A model generated the notes under the pieces. The model searched no databases, had not been told where the DNA came from, and was given only the letters and a program-made list of their open reading frames with translations. From assembly GCA_011109175.1 (NCBI GenBank), contig RDEW01000049.1, positions 21,032 through 63,292 on the forward strand: a stretch of 42,261 bases of DNA, read 5' to 3'. This DNA comes from Dicyema japonicum (lineage: Eukaryota > Animalia > Dicyemida). This document shows, piece by piece, positions 36,301 to 42,261 of this stretch. The number at the start of each line of letters is the position of its first letter. Positions within the stretch are counted from its first letter, which is position 1. The position numbers and the translations under genes were made by a program.

Positions 36301-37712
36301 ATTTACTAGAAATTTAATTTAAATTTGAATAATTAAATAATTAAATTATTAATAATATATAATTTTAAATAACAGTCTTTTCTAGTGACACTCTGGACAA
36401 ATACCATACAGAGACGGAACAGTGGATAGAAATGCCAATCTTCGACCTGTCATCTAAACAGAGAGGAGTGCCCCTCACGTCATGACTGTGCAGATCTGCG
36501 TCCATCGCTAGTTTGCAAGCCAAGTTAACGTTCCGGTATCTTATTGTTATTTTTTTCTGATGTTTCATCGGTGGTCATTGGGGAGATTAACACATGGATA
36601 ATTGAACATTTCAACGTTTTACTAGAGGGCTATCAAGAGCAATCTGTATGGGAAATTCACTCAAGTGGAAAATCATTAGTTCACCTTATAATAAAGACAT
36701 AAATTGACCCTTATTTGTAGTGGAGTTATTCTATATTTTAAATCAGTTAATTGGTCAGCGGAATGCTGCTGCTACTCGAGGATTTTTTCGCAATTAAGAG
36801 GGTAATAGAAGTGCAAGTACTATAGCTTTTTGATGTTTGTCTCGAACATTGCTGTCTATGAAACGGGACCATTTATAGAAAGGGATTACAATCTGATTCA
36901 TGCAAAAACAGTTCCGGTATGTTTCCTCGTCACCACATGTAAAGCTCCCAATTAAGAGGATCCCTGGAAGCCACAAGAAGGGATAAATATTTACTATTTA
37001 AGTGATCTCAGTGTCCATGTCTACTTCTTTCTATGGTTTGTGTTAAATCCTTGATTAGTCTTCATAAAAAGAAGGTTTCTTTGCTTATTTCAGGGAGAAT
37101 TAAAAATATGATCAGGTCTTCTACCAAGTTAATGCTTTAGGAAAATCCAATTAATAATAAATCTCGCTACAGAGATTTCACAATCTTTTCTCGATGCTCC
37201 GACCGTGACCTTAAACATTTTCTATACGGGCGGGCGTCTTTTATCCCTCCTATTCTGAAATTCTATTCAGTTGCCTCTATGATGGACTCAAGTGTTCTGG
37301 GGACAATTTCTTTATCTGTATATTTTTTAAGTAAATCGATTGCTTTTGACTGGATCTCTTGAACTTTTATTAGGTTCGTTGTCGTCAGGTTAGATCCCCA
37401 CGCAGCACATGCACAGCCTATTGCAGGATCGATATACTGTTTTATTCTACAAAAACGTATTCGGCGCTCGATAAAAAACTTAATTTAAAAATATTACAAA
37501 ATTATTACGAAATATTATCTAAATATATTTAAAAATTCAAACGATCGTTCGAGCATTAGTTAAGTCAGACTAGATTTTATTAAACATGCCAAGCTCGATA
37601 AAAAACTTAATTTAAAAATATTACAAAATTATTACGAAATATTATCTAAATATATTTAAAAATTCAAACGATCGTTCGAGCATTAGTTAAGTCAGACTAG
37701 ATTTTATTAAAC

Positions 37713-39063
37713 ATGCCAATCGAAAGATCAGATTTTAGATTTCTCCCATCAGAAGAAGCTCGTCTGATTTTAGGTTTGGTTAACCATAATCGAAGGTTAT
37801 TCGGAAACCCTTGGTTTATGGAGAACAGCAAATAGTCTATTGGAGGAGTGCACTTCCTTGGTGGAGTATCGTTCCCTCGGTAAAAGACGTGGTTCCGGCC
37901 TAAGTCTTCTAGGACTGAGCCTCGAGGAAGTGTTCGACCATTTCTTCCTACAAAACTATGGTTGATCTAGTAATGACATAGATAGTGAACCTTAATGACA
38001 CCGCCAAGACAGTAAAGAGTACAAATAATAAGTATAAATAGGCGTACAGAGGATGATGTCTCCCTTAATGTGCAATCACATGCGACATGCCTCATTCACA
38101 ATAGCACCCAGACTGATGACTTCAGGGAGACTACAGCGACTCAGACTGAGGTCATTAGTTCCCAGGAGATTGGAAGAGTCATAGAGTCTCCCTGTATAAA
38201 GGAAAAATCGAATTGACCCGACTTTAAGAAATATGATACTGGCCTCTCCTATGACATTAATATATTGAACGAAACCCCCAGGAGTCCGGTCTCCAGTTGG
38301 ATCACAAGAAAGACTCAATTGTCAAAGATTGATGGTACCATCGTTTTTTTAGTAGAAATATCAAATTTTTATGAGAACGCCAACACCTTCGACCTTACCT
38401 TCAAGTCTGGAAGTGGTTTGAGTGGATCCAAGAGAAAGTATGTTATTGTTTTATGGGAGGTCTTTTGAACCACGCAAATCGCTAGTTGTCGGAGAGGAGA
38501 TGTCTAATTCTGATTTTTGTGGCGATTTTCCTAACTTCACTGGGGACATTGTCCATCCTGTTGAGCTGTGTGTTGATGACTTTATGTCCACCTTTAGAAA
38601 CGAGACTGTTCTCAATAATATCCTCGGATTTTCGAAGGAGGACGAGTCTGTTAATGATCTAAATGATAAACTCCCTGTATTTTCTTCACCCAATCCTTCT
38701 CCTGTGACTCCACGGAGAATCTCCCTACTCAAATGTACTCCATTCCCTCATAAACGACTAAACGGGAGTGTTAAAGAGCCAAAGAAACAACGTATTAGAA
38801 AAACCAATACTACATTGTCCTTTAACATTTCCGTTAGTGAAAGCTCTGATTCTGCACGTCCCCCTAGAAGGAGTCTGGATCCTCTTCCATTTGATCCCCC
38901 ACCATATGCTGGAAAAATGAATACTAATACTTCAGTCCCTCCCGGTTTTTTTTCCAAGAAACGCCGTACTCCGTATGTGAAAAAGTCCTCTAAACGAAGG
39001 ACTGACTCTGCAGAGACATCTGATCCTCAGCAGTCCGACCAACGTACTTTAGAAGATAAGTGA
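37713..39063 (+). CDS. NPAT: NPAT/Mxc-like histone-locus-body protein with N-terminal LisH
   Basis: The spliced N-terminus FLPSEEARLILG|YSETLGLWRTANSLLEECTSLVEY...LSLLGLSLEEVF matches NPAT LLPSDVARLVLGYL..E...L.EY..LSLFG..L. The C-terminus is low-complexity with S/TP sites. Middle exon boundaries (38000-38230) are uncertain. Confidence 0.65.
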
Positions 39064-39359
39064 CCTCATAATAATATTTGTATTTTTTGTATATATTTGT
39101 TTACTTACTGTACAATCAAGGATAACGTGGTTTAGGCTACATTGTAGTCTCGACGTTTAGTTTTCCAAGCGTTCACGCGTCCACTGTCAGAATGTAAGTA
39201 AAACGAGAGGTCGCATGCATCTTGATGAGATTATGACACTTAATGCAAAGTAACCCCCACCTGAACCATCAGCCAATTAGAGCATTTTGTGGGTAAATCA
39301 AAATTCCATTAAAACTACTCCCAAAATGAATTTATAAGAATTAAAAATATAAGGAAATG

Positions 39360-41533
39360 TCAAATAAAATATCCACTCATTTGTTTTAATTTCGAGGTGG
39401 GTATTACCTCATCCATGATAACTCCCTTCTCATCAGCCATACAGTACACCTCATCATACACCCTGAGAACAGTCTGTAATGACAATACCATAAATCGACG
39501 TCTAATATTAATAGAGCAACCAAACCTGATATTAGAATCCATAATTTGCACGAACTGAAGATACGCGAAATTTGAATAATTTTTGACAATAGACTCCACT
39601 ATATTCTACAAACAACACCCTAATAATACGGCTAATCTAATAATGTCTTCATTAGATGATTCCGATAAGTTGTCATGTACTGCAATCATTCTTGATTCAT
39701 TCAACACCAATCTGGCTTGCAGGGAGGCCATATTCTCAATTCCACTACTAATCTAGTATTATTAGCTAGAGTAACCAAATTTTCCAACATTTCCCGCTTT
39801 TCTATATTATTTCGAGATATTGGGAGTAAAAGAGAATGAAAATTAATACTATAAACGGCAGAGGACACGTGGTCAAGTCTACGCTTTTCTATATTATTTC
39901 GAGATATTGGGAGTAAAAGAGAATGAAAATTAATACTATAAACGGCAGAGGACACGTGGTCAAGTCTACATGATGTGACTGAACACACTCTAAGCAATAA
40001 ATCTATGAGTTTCCCAGCAAAGACACTCTAAATAAAGAATACGACAAACATCTCCATGGACAGAGGCACTATCGACCACGTTGGCAAACGTCTGCACAAT
40101 ATCAGTTATCTGAGAAGGGGGAACCAACTGGTTTTGACTACAAATGAGAGGGAGTTAACATTGGGGTTGACATGAGCATATTAGAGTGGTGAATGAGAGA
40201 GTTGTAGAATATATTCTTTGATGACTCCGACAAATCCTCAATAGTCACGAAAATCCTGACAGGATTGTCCCCACTCCCCACCTCAATATTGCACAAACGG
40301 GAGAGGCTGGTCACCATAATAGAGTAGATCCTCTGTAGTTGGGAGTAATCAGACAGAGAGAAGATATACTGCTCTATTTTGTCCTAAAATCAGCGATACG
40401 GTACTTTGAAAGGCTGTAAAACATCAGCAGTGACCCTGTTTAGATTGTCCTTAAGGCATTCTCCCTCACACATTGAAAAAAGAGTAATTTCATCCCTAAC
40501 CCTTTCCTCCATCCAATCCACAATATCCCCAACAACAAAGTCGTGGTCACTCGCGACATTATTGGTCCATTTGTCAATCATATCCATTAGCAGTGCCTCT
40601 CTTCTGATATTAACGATGGTCCCCCACATATCCCTAGAATAGGCCCAACCGGTACGTCAAATCACACTCATTATCCTTTAGTATGGAGAGCCCACAACCG
40701 ATGCAATCCCCCAAACAGATTGACCCCACATTATCTAATATCCACCACTATTCTACCTTCTATACATTTTTGGAGTGAGAGGCAGTCAGTCCTCAGTTTG
40801 GTGGGGTTACTCTCTAGCAAGTCATTTCTGTAGTAACACAAAGTAATATACTGTAACTCGGAGATCGGCAATTTGGGAATCCTGCCCACAATGTCCCCCA
40901 GACGTTTCAGGAGAGCAATAAACTCCTAGAATGAGAACAAAGGCAGACATAGTCCAGCAGGGGGTGAGACAGTACTGAGTCCTCGTGACCAGTCAGCATA
41001 AACTCAGAGATTGCAAAGTTGACGTCATTTAGTTCATCCTTTAAATTACCCCTTCAATGATGATTACACTAACATTTTGGTCTCCAATCTCTCGGCCTTG
41101 ATCAGCATTTCCTTTGAGTCATCCCTGCACGTCTGAATTACTCACAAACAGACTTTGATATACTTGTGCATGTTGGAACAGTTATCACTGATTTGGGAGA
41201 TCACTTTGAATGATTCGTTTACTTTATCAACGAAGGATGAATAGTTTGATATAAACTGGGAATTTGCTTCGATCATTCTCTCAGTGATCGTCTCATTTAG
41301 AAGGTAGTGAGTGTCGACCTCAGAATCCAAAGGGAAGACGTCGATTACTTCCAAGCGTTTGAGTGTCTTCAGTGATCGTCTCATTTAGAAGGTAGTGAGT
41401 GTCGACCTCAGAATCCAAAGGGAAGACGTCGATTACTTCCAAGCGTTTGAGTGTCTCCTTATGATAAGTGTGTTATATTTACAGAATCTTGTAATTGCCT
41501 GATAACAGACATATGAGTATCCTTATTCTCCAT
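39360..41533 (-). CDS. COG6: Conserved oligomeric Golgi complex subunit 6
   Basis: ITERMIEANSQFISNY..SQISDNCSNM, EFMLTGHE, HDFVVGDIVDWM and VTADVLQPFK..IEQYI align with COG6 IERRSLAINEEF, FQLT..E, HDPLRYVGDMLAWL and ITEGVCRPLKVRIEQVI. Many micro-introns and two internal duplications. Confidence 0.72.
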
Positions 41534-42261
41534 GATACCACTTATATATATTCAATTTAAATATAAATTTTGTGTTTTATTTGAATTTTTAAAGAAAATA
41601 TAATTCATCGCTTCTGTGGTCTCAACAAAATCGCATAGAACGTCAACCGGCTGAGAAGCACTTGGTATTTTTTCCTTAAGCCTTCTCACCTTTTCTATGA
41701 AGGATACTGTCTTTACCGCGCTTTGGAGTCTAGACATGGAGTCGACACATGTGCTGCCGTTTACTAGTGGTTTCACTTCCTCGAGCGAAAAGATTTTAGT
41801 TCCATCGGCCCGTTGCAGGTTAGCATGGTCCAGGATGGGAGAATTCAGCAGTTTCGACTTTTTTACTTATTTACCCCCAATCCCTTCTAGTGAAGGAAAC
41901 CCATGGCTAACGGAAAAATAACAATCTAAACGGATGCTCACATAACTAAATGTATTTAGCGTGGCGCTGAAATGATTTCCACGAGGATTACCTGTATTTG
42001 CTTTTGTAGTTAACAGACAAAAACTTTCAACCCTACGATTAGTCGTGGATTCGAAAATTTTTAGGGGTTAGAGATTTGTGAGGTTTTCCGTATAAATACC
42101 TAGAGGTTGTTGAGCAGGATATATTGGCTTTTAGTCATCCACGAACATAGAGGTGGGTATTTGTAGTTTGGCACTAGAATAATTAGGGTCTCGTGGAATT
42201 CTTTTCAGCATCTTATCAGCATAAGATTGACAGATCTAGTCTTTATATTCCCACATTTAGT

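Noticed and set aside
38200-38230. In-frame TGA in the NPAT-like gene as readthrough or an altered genetic code
   Set aside because: It can be removed by a GT-AG intron, and other genes here (AK3, COG6) use TGA as a normal stop.
41281-41456. Exact 88-bp duplication frameshifting COG6 (similar exact pairs at 39795-39969, 37468-37718, 30903-31098 and ~2793-3112)
   Set aside because: Two near-identical read-length copies, one breaking a conserved gene, match the same assembly artefact. Raw reads are needed to exclude real duplication.
41552-42261. Minus-strand ORF fragments at the window end
   Set aside because: Interrupted by stops not explained by micro-introns, with no recognisable domain.

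Overview
AT-rich, gapped draft sequence from a eukaryote. The Distal-less homeobox gene shows it is an animal. Almost all introns are only 20-27 nt, which best fits a dicyemid mesozoan (inference). Spliced host genes reconstructed by hand: a cathepsin L-like gene whose catalytic Cys codon reads TGG (Trp), Dlx, YIPF6, TTC4, RFC4, centrin-3, AK3, a possible mTERF-like gene, a miniature NPAT/Mxc-like gene and COG6. Intergenic DNA is packed with decayed mobile elements: CGGBP/DUF659-type hAT transposons and Ingi/I-like, RTE-like, CRE-like, R4-like and possibly Gypsy retroelements. The most striking signal is a dispersed ~60-nt structured motif in six copies. It has the pairing order of an HDV-like ribozyme and shows covariation between copies. 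One copy lies directly upstream of a 2A (StopGo) peptide and an APE endonuclease. Two copies are fused to a covarying 3' stem-loop to form short bipartite SINE-like elements. The window also has CACGTG-centred repeat arrays and many short tandem duplications that look like assembly artefacts.
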